64,000 nucleotides of DNA. Origin: a virus. Taxonomy: Duplodnaviria; Caudoviricetes. The position numbers and the translations under genes were made by a program. Where the stretch lies: positions 32,001 to 96,000 of IMG/VR virus record IMGVR_UViG_3300021400_000045, one strand, 5' to 3'. Within the stretch, counting starts at the first letter, position 1; the number at the start of each line of letters is the position of its first letter. A model generated the notes under the pieces. The model made no database searches. It saw only the letters and a program-made list of their open reading frames with translations, and was not told the origin of the DNA. This document shows, piece after piece, positions 47,501 to 55,335 of the stretch.

Positions 47501-48204
47501 AAATTGATGATATCTTTTCTGGCCTTCAGCAAAGTATTGATAGCAAGAGTCGTCCTTCCATCAGACAGCTCTTCTTCTACTTCCTTCAGCACTTCGCGCT
47601 GGTATTTCGCTGTCGCGTCAAACCGCCGCGCCGCAGGTACAAGGCCGTTGCCTTCATTGTCTATGTAATGCCGCCCACCGAACTTCTTGAATTGTTCTTC
47701 AGCGTCGTCGATGGCCGCAGTCAGCCCACGAAGCATCGCCTGAGGATCTTTCACGGCCATGTTCATAGTTCTGACCGTCGAAATATAATCATCGATAGAG
47801 TCGCCGTTGTATCCTTTTTCGATATTCTTTTTGATATCGTTCAGCCTCGCGAAGTCATCGACGGTTCTCTGTATACCTTCAAGACTCGCCGACAGCTTCG
47901 ACATTTCACTGGCAAGCGTCTTGAATGATTCCTCTGAATTTCCCCTGCTTGCACTGTCGTCGCCAAGCCATGAAGCTCTCGCGAACTGCCACCCGAATTT
48001 ATCGAAGGGATTATCGTTGCTGGTAGTGTTGTTGGTATTGTTGATCGTTTGATTGATGGTTACGTTAGTGACGCCGCCAGCCGCGTTCCCGCCATTATTT
48101 TTGTTGCCGAGTGCAGCGTCGATTCTGTTTAGCACTTTGTCAAGTTGAGCATTTGTCATTCCAGAACCCGGTATTTTTCCACCGATATTCACTGGTTCTC
48201 CCAT
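35569..48204 (-). CDS. tail tape measure protein (4211 aa)
   Basis: TP901-type core (IDTAMTELRKVT, GRMGYS, DKLTAVANAYAV, GNAIKTLSMRVRG, LLELLAGK); TM segments; ALVDEEGAEL motif; long coiled coils. Confidence 0.92.
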   Translation of the reverse strand: MGEPVNIGGKIPGSGMTNAQLDKVLNRIDAALGNKNNGGNAAGGVTNVTINQTINNTNNTTSNDNPFDKFGWQFARASWLGDDSASRGNSEESFKTLASEMSKLSASLEGIQRTVDDFARLNDIKKNIEKGYNGDSIDDYISTVRTMNMAVKDPQAMLRGLTAAIDDAEEQFKKFGGRHYIDNEGNGLVPAARRFDATAKYQREVLKEVEEELSDGRTTLAINTLLKARKDIINLPHMLQDAAYDIDVKERMKMRDAVKRGNMDYVGGLTAPEKLAIQEQIVRRNGARGLVESTKANEEAVNEFAEKRNEELAKTANDLSAAAKETKRAAEDKAAADKQAAEAQRQAAEQKAQADRQATETQKQLAEAERQKAETERQKAEADRRADEAHKKVEEEQAKFRQEVADIEKSTAEAQKAAAERRAQAQVAPMSPAPSSPPIPPNGGGSTPPNIPPNNNGIRYFESLTELTEYLNNIGTGELRSVSAEIRSILESLNGLDPEAKNISAMFDNDGTLRGIGLSAVSKKYGSAEVARMQYSFGLKPVDPEDEDSPTFYTVNRAQTHTQTFTDKIAKYQADLEAREQALITKLTAMRNLPIMQGDSSTNGLLKQWEEIARIGADGGVELIKKGSLADIEEAENGYASLKDSVKAINDLVTKKWANNSIEKMNENVEEMESMRKTLPNMFSKIGITSGDLFKEFDEAATRFHQAVDPKDQALAYNEMAKAIRTVKKTLTEENSAYNENIRLAKQQQKISHSSKVTLAGYKEKYDKMGDGRPEQYKKARDAKRRYDNAKDATEREAAYRDYEQNMNWMKDDLAVAYPKWKEKEKRSAKLKKDNSTRYWNGKKQTQQINNVRKELAEIAQPYGGLSADDLPDFITDVLKQITAAQNEKDPSVKAKRVSSLKDALKLAKESNKQVNDIQEANGLLEKIANTDSLADTEVHNNLQDALYRVTTLSQSSSSVEQADAWANLTANIKAASEALKEYDKAQTDSKKEATAQERLNTSYEQYLAQINTIKTAYEKMGKTIDTSKLEGEGGLLEQLMGTDVNDKNAVAEAQAKIRQELTRLRVQRQRDTAIFSADTRRDTKTASLNKWIEGLGIEDVQLDKIKSLKTLLEDLGNIDLNKSGGLEQFSNVMSQITETERVARMQVDTMQRYRRVTGDKDMELIDNGHLTEKQKTEGDTRRKALTEAYNTFNSAQGDVEAFRKLNDELRQMEAYLANVSKWDAFGKLGEQVTNYMGQLDLMKQKQGDVSKWKPGQQQMYNEMHELQRKYNTQVDAGDMTGAADSASKLENHIKALNQSFASGGGFVGIYEGKITKLATRLLGLGSGFMAFNKVLGTMRKMAGYVTQIDTAMTELRKVTDESSAAYTRFQKQSGQTAVQIGSSISDLINTSVEYGRMGYSLAESQQLGVVTTKFANTGNFNSVTDASDALIAIIRGFDGLDVSDAEMVSDKLTAVANAYAVTASDIATGLQRSASALNMGGVNLDQATAMITAISEITRDSASAGNAIKTLSMRVRGAKTELESAGEDTTGMAESTSKLRAQVAALTNVTGKGGFDIMQDEDTYKSIYDIMLGISKVWDQMTDVKQSALLELLAGKVRSNQVAALLNNMSRAEEILHTSENSQGTMQEVHERWLDSIAAKQAQMTASWEQLSQTVMSSDVIKGWYQVGSDILNIINGIVGGLGSAGTVLTGGGIAGLAGLFAKNGNGNILTGMMDAITNRGGTVQGKAIKEYNTALGEGANKLEAMTRAQKKLGEGTAMTKATRFAMEYSDGISNATDGMTIMQMKLQGIGSILKNVGANLLVSGLMAGVGWLADQGLKAFDRYANAEKYAVQAADDASANYQSAQNEVKALEDELAKLKQQYDELDRKGPLSFADQQTKADLKEQTAEMELQLEVQKQIAAEAGKVAYTTNKESWRQQYSMNGSLAFKLSNPGLAGDGRKLVSEAKETTQAYIDDMMGYAGENIDDVTKSIIKANANNSFGQVTDELNRYLKNGLVGNDLLGTVEMYKYLKDVRADAVEELEFWDKQDEETRRENEMYIERFRKMSSPKDSQGHDLINQVEGQLIKEYQQLAKNIAEMEAQGDTADMLYTEMRTAFEAIGRQIFPIIHTQNKVNELRKSDKDFDALCDELEELAKTSEITADTLNQQKFDGFRQALIEAGGDIDSFIDHLNSLRETPAPDNLTDTTATGLQTRITGMLDNRTKAMSIFKNTGYGANALSEEDYKTLKDMNDPDLLKAVKYDYGTTFFDMDTFSKVMSSKMSEQYDVMYKDMIAKQNDYVNESKKLATKLAEYQKMQNESVAKEEEADHQTKLRNAQEEIAAITKNMVGIQGEIDLYNRLGMQMKMAMSAYGRWQLAKGGPEEGDNYDEAMNALKALEEGFKSGRVGTAAYKAAQEYLLGPDGNYYGNAGQRSKLVRYLSKSNPDDKEGKDVGWGARNWQADAKKAGILNADGSFSANWSVEQIAEKMGVSVDLVEHMFGELNEFIADETKKYKFESKTVEMDAATQNANYEAYTEARKNYQQAVEAYNHDANAKTLQDLIDTGNKFTKAAEKAGLNKPDLREEAKDASESELTGAVTGNTGAVEENTGALGDVGGKIDTLAAQMEKESEKEGSEGEGGETAEGSEVPPATEGVAETPVVSEQMPDNVARAVETLQTFASEMETIEKSAKTGQPVPKRTISDEDYNQALATVKRYAEDHSEQEELIKEIEGLEYIKTKKEQPKAETKSANATYSPQEVREMAAYFNNRAGVTTPEGIEEYNRLLAQIKNTPEELIPSDYQNIFRQLKSLEPIVTGAAKTAEEAAKAAETKASDVKEHNAESAAQTPPPSAAAWSTGNQFEDFRNLAAYLNNPEAAKTAEQIDAYNQRLAAIKNLPDELIPDALKEGFKQLKALEPIVTGVAKTAEEAAKAAETVSADQTTPPPQEVDVKVEQEESSGQQPKLEHDTDSKGLVTAVQEVAEGWDEAQKSVDEYDQTLHEAQAELSKDTGVQAPAESDLLNAADTLRTYQAEMKAVNEAASQMKPLPGKTVTDQQYNRALSAIQNYVNTYGDPMGVFKDFMNMKPIEVPLAADKSELDNAIDETDGKKVTVELDAEDSKLKEKVDNATKGGATGGEGKGGSKAFTFAPASDKDKSGISYEGRWALMGKIANLRNVSSIINGADGAVTPDVIKSYNDRLQELQNTPEERIPDDLKADFEELRGLAPIVASAAEETSKSLDNVSDDVEIMFSPDGGKPENAPQKPIDTDREPPKFTMEDIAAQVKQNVAEALSETAEKAETSAQVSTGPAPTVPQPKAPEEQGTEEPTTPAADPVAKAIDEVGETIETVVAPVAQQQVQPEPVTVEQQTEATTPGTPTDTAKALKDAATASETAAKAMSDSARQGAEEERKESKTADTGSAQAWSTGNPYEDFRNMAAYFNNRSAITTPEAAKQYNQRLSTIQSIPDMQIPGDLLAGFNELRNMKPIEIPVTANTTAAQSAVNSVNGKTVTVNVDANVTQMQSKINNVANKTVTTTVQKNAEGTSNAAPGMSLVDEEGAELIEHVSRGTFELGTDNGPRFAQLDKGDIVHTAEDTKKIKRRGIIGRVFDAFRNGGVKGGRKFATGMSTRLQQLAAGADKEKSAQIVFAPAKTTVNVTKADTIYDANDRNQSYANDTGKQGTGTNLTPSNNTTTKTVSNGTGSGANNALKWAEKLVDWIPKALDLIKRKTQEYIKSAEKAVGYLARNRELTNAINNTNAEIELNEKAALRYERQAEEFGQRAGLTADIIRKIQQGTIDIEEYSDEKTRKAITTYQNWWEKAVACRDTIEELKDQLYDLSKQKLDNIVNYFGNIDDMLNQQIETYNKLNEVKEAYGQEMTRTDYLDAIKLTEEVINNLSEEQSTLQKELDDQVASGVIKAGSDDWYNYAKQIEELKRTISEAKINLSELNDEVKNITLGNLETSIYYLNNLQEKIEGIQKLREAQGSVGQVNEFRMLISNGMKQIANLEQQNQQIREQMAGLDTLSEKYQELYKQLQDNDGEILNIKASQEEWNDAIIDMKIEILEKQNDEYQRQLNLMKALNDLEDARQRKVLMYDNQQGYHYVADEDAMENATDAVNNQIYDLVINGLEKQKDNNNIYDAMGNELIPVTDMLAGIDFTQYYDSINRGTETSALLTNLLNNIDIPDLLSQTQGGDISIDIGDIILNGVNDAQSLGDAIIAQLPGYLVQAIYAKGS

Positions 48205-48219
48205 TTGTCTCCACCGCCT

Positions 48220-48855
48220 TTACGTAATTAGTGATATTATTTCTGAAATTGCCGCATCAAGCGCCTTCTCGTGTATCTCCGGCAACACACCTTGTATCTT
48301 GCTTAATACCATTCCCCACGCCCGTTCTGGGTCATATTCTTCCTCATACACCTGGTAGAAATTACGCGGAGGATGGAAGTCGCCACGGTAGTGATTGTGC
48401 TTTGGTAACGGGTACCTATAACCGTAACCGCCAATAACCTGATCCTCAAGCGAACCTCCACCGCCTCCACCGCCATCGGAGGCATCGGTAATTCCCGGAG
48501 GGGTGACGTTGATCATCTCACCGCTGAAGTTTATATAGTCACCATCTATGGTGCCGTCAGATATATTGATGACAACATTGTTGGGATCTCCAAGACCTCC
48601 ACTACTGCCGCGTCTGATATAGTATGGTTCCTCATTCTCATAAGCTCCGTAAACATATCTGTGTACGCCCTGTACCACCAGGCCTGATATGTAGTCCCAT
48701 ATATCGCCACCATTGCCACACAATGTTTTCATCGCGTCTTGCAATACAGGTAACAGCATCTCCGCGAAGTGCTTTCTGTATATATTGTCAAAGACTTCCA
48801 GTGTGATCTCCACTCCCACCCCTCCAATCTTCTTATCTCCAGTGCGTCTCCGCAC
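48220..48855 (-). CDS. hypothetical virion-associated protein
   Basis: VY..Y....Y.RRG..GGLGD..N motif; real start probably GTG at about 48810. Confidence 0.6.
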   Translation of the reverse strand: MRRRTGDKKIGGVGVEITLEVFDNIYRKHFAEMLLPVLQDAMKTLCGNGGDIWDYISGLVVQGVHRYVYGAYENEEPYYIRRGSSGGLGDPNNVVINISDGTIDGDYINFSGEMINVTPPGITDASDGGGGGGGSLEDQVIGGYGYRYPLPKHNHYRGDFHPPRNFYQVYEEEYDPERAWGMVLSKIQGVLPEIHEKALDAAISEIISLIT

Positions 48856-48911
48856 GTTGTTTTCATTTCAAAAGACGGCTACCAGATTTCTCCGGTAGCC
48901 GCCATGCAGTA

Positions 48912-49337
48912 TTACAGTGAGACGTCCCACTGTTCCATTTCTTTTACAATTGTCTGAACGTAACTGTTTCCATGATTCTTGTCATAGGCCTTTGCCATCT
49001 TAATCATGTCTTCCTTCTCGTAAGCGGCAAGCTTCTTGTCTTCCAAATGTGCGTAGTACAAATCTGTGATCTCATGCCGCAACATCGCCTGTAGCGCCAG
49101 CTGTTGGTCTGCACTGGTCGTCTTCTGCATTTCGATCAGATTATTCACAGCGCCCTTCAGGCCCTCGATCTCGTTCCGCATCTCGTCAGCGTCAGTGTTC
49201 TTCCTGACAACACTCTTGAATACTCCACGGGCCTTCCTGCTGACAGCCAGCACCGCGCCGACGATAGCCGTCACAGCGCCGATCAGCGACGAAAGCCAGA
49301 TAAGCCAGGACGCAATTTCCACATTTTCCATAATCAA
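48912..49337 (-). CDS. membrane protein (holin/hemolysin-like)
   Basis: N-terminal TM helix; LR..I...Y......Y....GNSY motif common next to lysis genes. Confidence 0.6.
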   Translation of the reverse strand: MIMENVEIASWLIWLSSLIGAVTAIVGAVLAVSRKARGVFKSVVRKNTDADEMRNEIEGLKGAVNNLIEMQKTTSADQQLALQAMLRHEITDLYYAHLEDKKLAAYEKEDMIKMAKAYDKNHGNSYVQTIVKEMEQWDVSL

Positions 49338-49346
49338 GCACTCTCC

Positions 49347-49835
49347 TTACGGGGCGGTCGATCCCTCCCCTTCATTGTTCGCGACCCCGCGAATAAGTTT
49401 CAGCATTTCCTCAACTCCGGTGCTCCCGTCAGCATTCTTCTGAAGGAGCGCATTCATGTTGTCGGCCAGAGCGATCAGGCTGTCCATCAGCATCTCCACA
49501 TGCTGCGCCTTGTCAGCGGCCTTGTCCGCATTGCCAAGCATGCGCGTGAACGCGTCATAGTATTCCGGCCCCATGCTGTTGTGCTCGCGCACATACTCCA
49601 GCCACCGGCCATAGCCATAGGCATACACGCCCGCCATCACCTCGTCGCCGTTCAGGGGATTCTGACCAACCTCCGCAAAAGTATACATAATTGCGGATAT
49701 CCATCGAAAATCCCGTGCGACATCGCCGTTCTCCAGCGCCGCCTCTCTCGCGTCCTTCGCGTACCGCAGCGCCACCGCCAGCATTTCACTGTAAGACACA
49801 TGACTCTTGAACTTCATTTCCTTAATGTTATACAT
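49347..49835 (-). CDS. hypothetical protein (possible tail assembly chaperone)
   Basis: helical 162 aa, in late operon. Confidence 0.5.
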   Translation of the reverse strand: MYNIKEMKFKSHVSYSEMLAVALRYAKDAREAALENGDVARDFRWISAIMYTFAEVGQNPLNGDEVMAGVYAYGYGRWLEYVREHNSMGPEYYDAFTRMLGNADKAADKAQHVEMLMDSLIALADNMNALLQKNADGSTGVEEMLKLIRGVANNEGEGSTAP

Positions 49836-49872
49836 ACTCCAATACCTCTCTGAATTTCAATTTTAACCAATG

Positions 49873-50175
49873 TTATTCAGCCGACAGACCGTACGCATCC
49901 TTGCCACCGAACAAGGTGTCCAGTGCGTCGTAACCACCGTTGGCGGTCAAGGAAACGACCACTGCATTGATCAGGTCAAGCACAGCCACATCCCAGCCGG
50001 TCATGGTACCGGTCGCAAACTGGCCCACGACCAGGATGACGAGAGCGATCACATAGCTCACCAGCTGAGCGGGCATCTTGTACAGCAGCTTCTTCAGAAA
50101 CTCAGTCAGAATGCCGGTCGCGAGTACGCATCCGGCGAAGGTCGCGAGATATTCCCAAGTAAAGAAAGTATCCAT
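49873..50175 (-). CDS. holin
   Basis: FFTWEYLATFAGC...TEFLK; three hydrophobic segments; ANGGYD; follows endolysin. Confidence 0.75.
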   Translation of the reverse strand: MDTFFTWEYLATFAGCVLATGILTEFLKKLLYKMPAQLVSYVIALVILVVGQFATGTMTGWDVAVLDLINAVVVSLTANGGYDALDTLFGGKDAYGLSAE

Positions 50176-50190
50176 AATCCATTCCTCCAA

Positions 50191-51126
50191 TTAAATAATA
50201 GAAGCGGTCTCTTCTTCGACCGCCGTGTGTTGATACTGGCCGATGAGTTCATCAGCCGCGTCTTTGTCCAGATGCCTGACGATCACGGTGTACAGCTTCT
50301 CGTCCTCTTCGGCCTTCTGCCCCTCGTCATCGTCATAGTCGTCCACTGTATCGTTCAGTATCGCCGCCCAGGTCTTGGGCCCGCAGATCCCGTCCACACC
50401 GAGCTTGCGCTCTTTCTGGTACGCCTTCACCGCGCCTACGGTCTTCTTGCCATAGATGCCGTCCGGGTTTCCGCAATCAAAGCCGAGCGCGTTCAGCTTC
50501 TTTTGCAGCATCAGCACGGCCTCGCCTACGCTCCCCTTCTTCAGGATCACATGCGTGTCGGGCTCCAGCTTCTTGCCCAGGTTCTTCGCCACATCACTGC
50601 GCAGGGTGTACATGGTGTAGTTCTCCCACGCCGTGCCTTTCTTCCCCCACCAGTGCGTCACATCCGCGTGGTTGCTGGCCACGCCCTCCGCATGAAGCTC
50701 GCTGTGACACTTGATGTTGATCGGGTTGATATCGTACATCTTGCACAGCTCAGTGCACATGTACACCACGCACCCGTACAGGTACTCAGCGGCGTAGGCC
50801 GTGTCGTTGGCCTTGCTCGGCTCGCAGATCTCGAAGCCCACGCACCAGTCGTTCGCGTTCCCGTTCTTCCCGCTCCCGGACAGCCACGGTCTGACGTTCC
50901 AGTCCAGTGTCTGCATGATGCCGTGCGTATCGACGATCGCGTTCGCGCACTTGCTGATGGCCTTGGTGTTCCACCGACGCCACCTGTCGCGGTTCGTGCC
51001 CTTGCACCCGACCGAGTGCACCTGGATACCGGTGGGCTTGCGGCGTTTGTCTGCCTTATAGCACCGGTTTTCTGTCATGATGTACTCCTCTATGGGGTAC
51101 AGTTCATTGGGTTCCATAGGTATCAC
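50191..51126 (-). CDS. endolysin: N-acetylmuramoyl-L-alanine amidase with PG-binding domain
   Basis: IQVHSVG, WLSG, GFEICE, HSE..ASNHAD zinc amidase motifs; LKKGSVG..V..LQ..L...DGIYG.KT. Confidence 0.9.
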   Translation of the reverse strand: MIPMEPNELYPIEEYIMTENRCYKADKRRKPTGIQVHSVGCKGTNRDRWRRWNTKAISKCANAIVDTHGIMQTLDWNVRPWLSGSGKNGNANDWCVGFEICEPSKANDTAYAAEYLYGCVVYMCTELCKMYDINPINIKCHSELHAEGVASNHADVTHWWGKKGTAWENYTMYTLRSDVAKNLGKKLEPDTHVILKKGSVGEAVLMLQKKLNALGFDCGNPDGIYGKKTVGAVKAYQKERKLGVDGICGPKTWAAILNDTVDDYDDDEGQKAEEDEKLYTVIVRHLDKDAADELIGQYQHTAVEEETASII

Positions 51127-51129
51127 CTC

Positions 51130-51639
51130 TTAGTCAGCTACCCAATACTGCGGTGTGGCTTCGGGCGACCACACGACGGGGAAGTCCGGGTTCGGCCCCT
51201 GACATGTATAGGCAACGCCCTTGTATGTCACGCGGTCGCCGGTGTAGTACCACTTGCCTTCCACGAAGTCGGGCGGCATTACCACGGGCGGGTCTTCGCC
51301 CTCGCCGCCGCCTTCTTCTCCGCCTTCGTCGTCCTTGCCGATGTTCTCGATCATCGTGCGTAGCTCGTCCGCTGTCGCCCGCAGTTCTTCGATCGCGGCT
51401 TCCACGCTGCTCAAGCGTTTGCCAAACGCGGCCAGCGTCTGCATCGTATCCAGTGCCGCCGCGAAATGGTCAACCGCGTATTCTCTTGCCTCCACGTACA
51501 GCGCGTCGCGTTCCTCATCGGTCAGCTTGCCCTGGATATGGTAGGCGTCGATCTTCGCCAGCATTTCTTCGAGAGGGAGGTCTCCCTGCTGAATCGCAAA
51601 CGAAAATCTGCTCTTTGTAATATCACTCATTGGAAACAC
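51130..51639 (-). CDS. protein with C-terminal carbohydrate-binding (CBM5/12-like) module
   Basis: YYTGDRVTYKG..Y.C.....WSP...PQYW. Confidence 0.7.
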   Translation of the reverse strand: MFPMSDITKSRFSFAIQQGDLPLEEMLAKIDAYHIQGKLTDEERDALYVEAREYAVDHFAAALDTMQTLAAFGKRLSSVEAAIEELRATADELRTMIENIGKDDEGGEEGGGEGEDPPVVMPPDFVEGKWYYTGDRVTYKGVAYTCQGPNPDFPVVWSPEATPQYWVAD

Positions 51640-53956
51640 CTCTCTGGTAAATCTTCCTCATCATCAGCCTCGCGCCGTGTCCAGATGTCAGCGCCTTCTC
51701 CGGCACGATCTGCATACTGCTTCCATCTGTGTCCCGACAGATCACGAAGTCCGCTATTACGTTGTCGCCGCGCAGGCTCTCGCCCTCCATCAGAACTGTT
51801 GTGCCAAACTTGGTAATGGTAAAGTGTGTTATGCTTTTCCTGTCCGCGTTGGCCAAGGTCAGTGCGCACTGGCTCGCCCGTGTTGACCCACCGTAACGCA
51901 TCATGCTCCGGTAGTCAGCCACAGTTGTGTCGTTGTCAAAGAATACTTTGTAGTCTGTGTTCTCGTTCGCGCCGAGGATCACTGTGCCTTCCCACATGTC
52001 ACCGTCTTCCAGGTTCAGGTTGGTCACTTCCAGTACTGTTGCGTTTGCCGCTGTTGAGTTATTGTTGCTCAGTCTTCTGTGCGAGAAGTCCAGCATACCC
52101 AGTGCCGACTTCGCGCCGTCGATCGTGGTTGCGCCCGTACCGCCATGTGGTATGCCCAGCGTGCCGCCCAGCTTGCTCACATCGTCGCCCTCGAACATCA
52201 TCTTGTGCCACGCGCTGAAGGTCTGTGTGGAGCGTGTATACTGCCGCATGTATACGGCGTTCGCGTCTCTGGTGATGAACACCTGTGCCAGCGTAAAGCT
52301 GTCTGTGTGCTCGTCTCCGCTCACGCTCATCACGATCAGCTGTCCGGGCCTTGCCACGGGCTGGTGTCCCAGACTGCTCACGGTCACATCATAGGTACCG
52401 GGTGTCAAGTAGGTGTCGAAGTCACCGGTCACCATGCCGTTGTAGGTCAGGTGCTTGTGGTATGATGCCATGTCCACGCCGCCGATGTACACCTTCCAGT
52501 TCTCGTTGATGGTCAGTGTGTTGTCCGTGTCTGACGCGGCACGTCCTACACCAATGGCCTTTCCTCCGTCCCTGAAGTGAAACACATACGTCGCCGTCGG
52601 GATCATGACCACAGCCTCGCTGTGTCCGCCCAGATCGTCGGAGATCACGACCATGATGTCATAGCTCTTGTCCGCGCTCAGTGCACCGTCGCCCGTGCCA
52701 TCACCCGCGCCGATGATGAACGGTTCTCCGTTGGCGAACTCTGTTTCGGCGTTTGTGTAGCTTGACGTGCCTGTTTCACGGTAATAGGCGCTGGTATGCG
52801 CGGTGTTGTCGCCGACCTCGCTGATGGCAAAGTTCACTGTCACCAGTGCGCATGTGCCCAGGTCGCTCCTCGTCCCGTCGCTCAGACACCTGACTGCGCT
52901 CACGCTCGATATCCTCGGCGCAGCGCTCGACAGCACGCTGATCGTTCTGGTCTTCGTCGCCGTCCTGCCGCGTGAGTCCGTGATCGTCGCCGTCAGCGTG
53001 ATTTGTCCGCTGGTGTTCATGATCTCCGTGGTCGCTTTGTACGTCCCGTTGTCCGCTGTGCCGTCCAGTGTGTCGCCCCAGCCGGTGAATGTCACGCTCG
53101 TGATCGTGCTCCCGTAGCTTCCGTCCACGCTGGGCAGTTCCAGACCTATCGCTGTATAGCCCTGTACATACACGCTCGACCAGCTTTCGGACACGCTCGT
53201 CGTATAGACCGGTTTCGCGTTCAGAGCGCCCGCCGATGGCACGATGTCAGCCGGTACGTTGACCGTGAAGGTGTACTTCTGTGTGCTCCCGATTCGTGTG
53301 TCGCCGTTCAGGGTGATCAGCTGGGCCGAGCCGATGCCTGATGTGCTATTCGGGATCTCTGAGCAGAACGTCAGCGGTATCGACCATGACGACTCCGGCT
53401 TTTCAATGCCAGCTTCCAGCTCCTGCGTGTTCGTCTGTTTGCCGAAGCTCCAGATCACGCGGTGGCTGTACGCCTGGTTTGTCGGGTTCACTGTCAGGGT
53501 GATTGATGTGCCGCTTCCTGCGGTCACAGACTTTGTGCTGAGCGTGCCCGATGAGTTCGGCAGCTCGTACTCGATCGTGAGCACAATAGAGGAGAAGCTA
53601 CAATATACGCCGCCGCTTCCGCCTGTGCCCCTCGCGTACCCGCTGTACGCCTGAAAGCTGAACACGATGTTCAGTGTCGCCGGTATCGCACTCAGCCACC
53701 CAGCCACGTTCACAGCGCCGTTCGTGCTGCCTGTCGTGTGGTCATTGGTGACGCTGTAGGATACATTGCCGACCGCCGCCTTGCTGTCACCGGGGCCGTT
53801 GGTCTTGATGCTCAGTGTGGCCGACCGTACCACGCTGTCCGTAGGGATGTCAGACAGGTTCACAGCCACCGTCTTCGTCGCTGTCGATGGGTAGAACGAG
53901 TCCGACCATGTAGACCGTAATTGGAAATTATCTATATTGATTACTTTTGTTGCCAT
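51623..53956 (-). CDS. tail fibre/receptor-binding protein (DUF859-like)
   Basis: TVNVP..IVPS, GSYGSTI, TDSRGRT, RC..DGT..D.GT, HGGTGATT. Confidence 0.75.
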   Translation of the reverse strand: MATKVINIDNFQLRSTWSDSFYPSTATKTVAVNLSDIPTDSVVRSATLSIKTNGPGDSKAAVGNVSYSVTNDHTTGSTNGAVNVAGWLSAIPATLNIVFSFQAYSGYARGTGGSGGVYCSFSSIVLTIEYELPNSSGTLSTKSVTAGSGTSITLTVNPTNQAYSHRVIWSFGKQTNTQELEAGIEKPESSWSIPLTFCSEIPNSTSGIGSAQLITLNGDTRIGSTQKYTFTVNVPADIVPSAGALNAKPVYTTSVSESWSSVYVQGYTAIGLELPSVDGSYGSTITSVTFTGWGDTLDGTADNGTYKATTEIMNTSGQITLTATITDSRGRTATKTRTISVLSSAAPRISSVSAVRCLSDGTRSDLGTCALVTVNFAISEVGDNTAHTSAYYRETGTSSYTNAETEFANGEPFIIGAGDGTGDGALSADKSYDIMVVISDDLGGHSEAVVMIPTATYVFHFRDGGKAIGVGRAASDTDNTLTINENWKVYIGGVDMASYHKHLTYNGMVTGDFDTYLTPGTYDVTVSSLGHQPVARPGQLIVMSVSGDEHTDSFTLAQVFITRDANAVYMRQYTRSTQTFSAWHKMMFEGDDVSKLGGTLGIPHGGTGATTIDGAKSALGMLDFSHRRLSNNNSTAANATVLEVTNLNLEDGDMWEGTVILGANENTDYKVFFDNDTTVADYRSMMRYGGSTRASQCALTLANADRKSITHFTITKFGTTVLMEGESLRGDNVIADFVICRDTDGSSMQIVPEKALTSGHGARLMMRKIYQRGVSNE

Positions 53957-53968
53957 ATCTTCACCGCC

Positions 53969-54844
53969 TTACCCGACATAGATTAATGCCATGCCGGTAT
54001 CAGTCGGCACGAAAGCAAACTTGCCAATGTTCATTCTTGATGTGATTTCAGCGTTGGTGATGTGCATCGACTGGTTGTTGATGTGCGCCACCTTGTTGCC
54101 GTTCTGGTTGAAGGCCAACTCCTCGTTCGACAAGTCCATCGTGAACGCGCTGTCGCTCTTGCCCATATGCAGGCCTTTGCTGTCAGCGTCCATCCATGTC
54201 TTGTTCCGGGTCACCCACTCGGTGCCTTCGCCCGCTTTCTTCTCCAGCTCGCTGAAGGTCAGGTTCCACTTCTCCTCAGTGGCGGTCAGGTCAGACCGCG
54301 CCTGATCCAGGAAGTCGTTCATGCCCTGCCGGTAGGTGTCCGTACGCACCACATAGGCCGTGATCTTGTCGTAGTCCGCTTTCAGCTCCACGTCCCGCAC
54401 ACGGTTCACCAGTCTGGCGATGTCCGTCTCCGTGTCCTCCGGCGCGGGGCTCCAGTCAGAAGCTCTGTTACCCAGCTCCAGCATCGCCTTGTACAGGTAC
54501 AGGTCTTCACCCAGCTTGCTGTCTGCGGCCTTGCTGTAGATGGGCATGAAGTCGATGTTCTCGTTCGCGGGGCTCTCGCAGTACACTTCCAGCTTCTGCC
54601 AGCCTTCGCTCACAGCCAGCTCAAAGTTCTTCGCCGCGCCCAGCACGTTCACTACCAGCCGCATGTCCAGCATGGGCTTCACCCATACCGTGAACATGAA
54701 TATCCCATCAATACCAGACGCCCCTCCCACTTTGGGGAGTGGCAACGTCTGAACTCTGTACATACCGCCGTTCATATCGGTCAGTGCGAGCACACTGTCT
54801 TGGGTGTGGTCGTACACTTCCGCTGTCATGCTTTTGTATTCCAT
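53969..54844 (-). CDS. minor tail protein
   Basis: MLELGNRASDWSPAPED; C-terminal L.F.QNG.KVA.I.N..M.ITNAEI...IGKFAF. Confidence 0.7.
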   Translation of the reverse strand: MEYKSMTAEVYDHTQDSVLALTDMNGGMYRVQTLPLPKVGGASGIDGIFMFTVWVKPMLDMRLVVNVLGAAKNFELAVSEGWQKLEVYCESPANENIDFMPIYSKAADSKLGEDLYLYKAMLELGNRASDWSPAPEDTETDIARLVNRVRDVELKADYDKITAYVVRTDTYRQGMNDFLDQARSDLTATEEKWNLTFSELEKKAGEGTEWVTRNKTWMDADSKGLHMGKSDSAFTMDLSNEELAFNQNGNKVAHINNQSMHITNAEITSRMNIGKFAFVPTDTGMALIYVG

Positions 54845-54873
54845 GTTATCACGTCCATACTAAAGTGAACCGC

Positions 54874-55329
54874 CTACTGGTAGACGATTTCACTCATCTC
54901 CAGCAGGCAGTCTGACAGAAGTTTTATTTTGTTTTGCTGTTCAGTTATGATCTGCCGCATCTCGGCAATGGTCAGGGGCTTGTCCTCGTCGTCGGGCGTG
55001 ACCTCTTCGGGTTCGGGCTCGATGATCTCCGGTTCGATGTCGTCCGGCGAGATGGTCTCGCCGTTGATCAGTCTGGCGCGGAGCTCCTCGTACTCGTCCT
55101 CTTCGATGATCACCACCTGCGCCGCCTCGTAGTCCGTATAGGTTTCCGGCACCGGCTTCAGCCAGTTGTCGTGGTACGCCTTCAGCTCATCGCTTGACTG
55201 CGCGAACTGTGCCTCACTCACATCACAGGCGATCATACACCCATGCTTCTCGCTCCAATTCAGGAAGACGAAACCGACGTCGATCACGGCGTCATCTTTT
55301 ATGATCTTATAGAAATGCATATGTTTCAC
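54874..55329 (-). CDS. hypothetical tail-associated protein
   Basis: C-terminal L.DCLLEMSE.VY motif typical of tail-fibre assembly partners. Confidence 0.6.
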   Translation of the reverse strand: MKHMHFYKIIKDDAVIDVGFVFLNWSEKHGCMIACDVSEAQFAQSSDELKAYHDNWLKPVPETYTDYEAAQVVIIEEDEYEELRARLINGETISPDDIEPEIIEPEPEEVTPDDEDKPLTIAEMRQIITEQQNKIKLLSDCLLEMSEIVYQ

Positions 55330-55335
55330 CGCCTA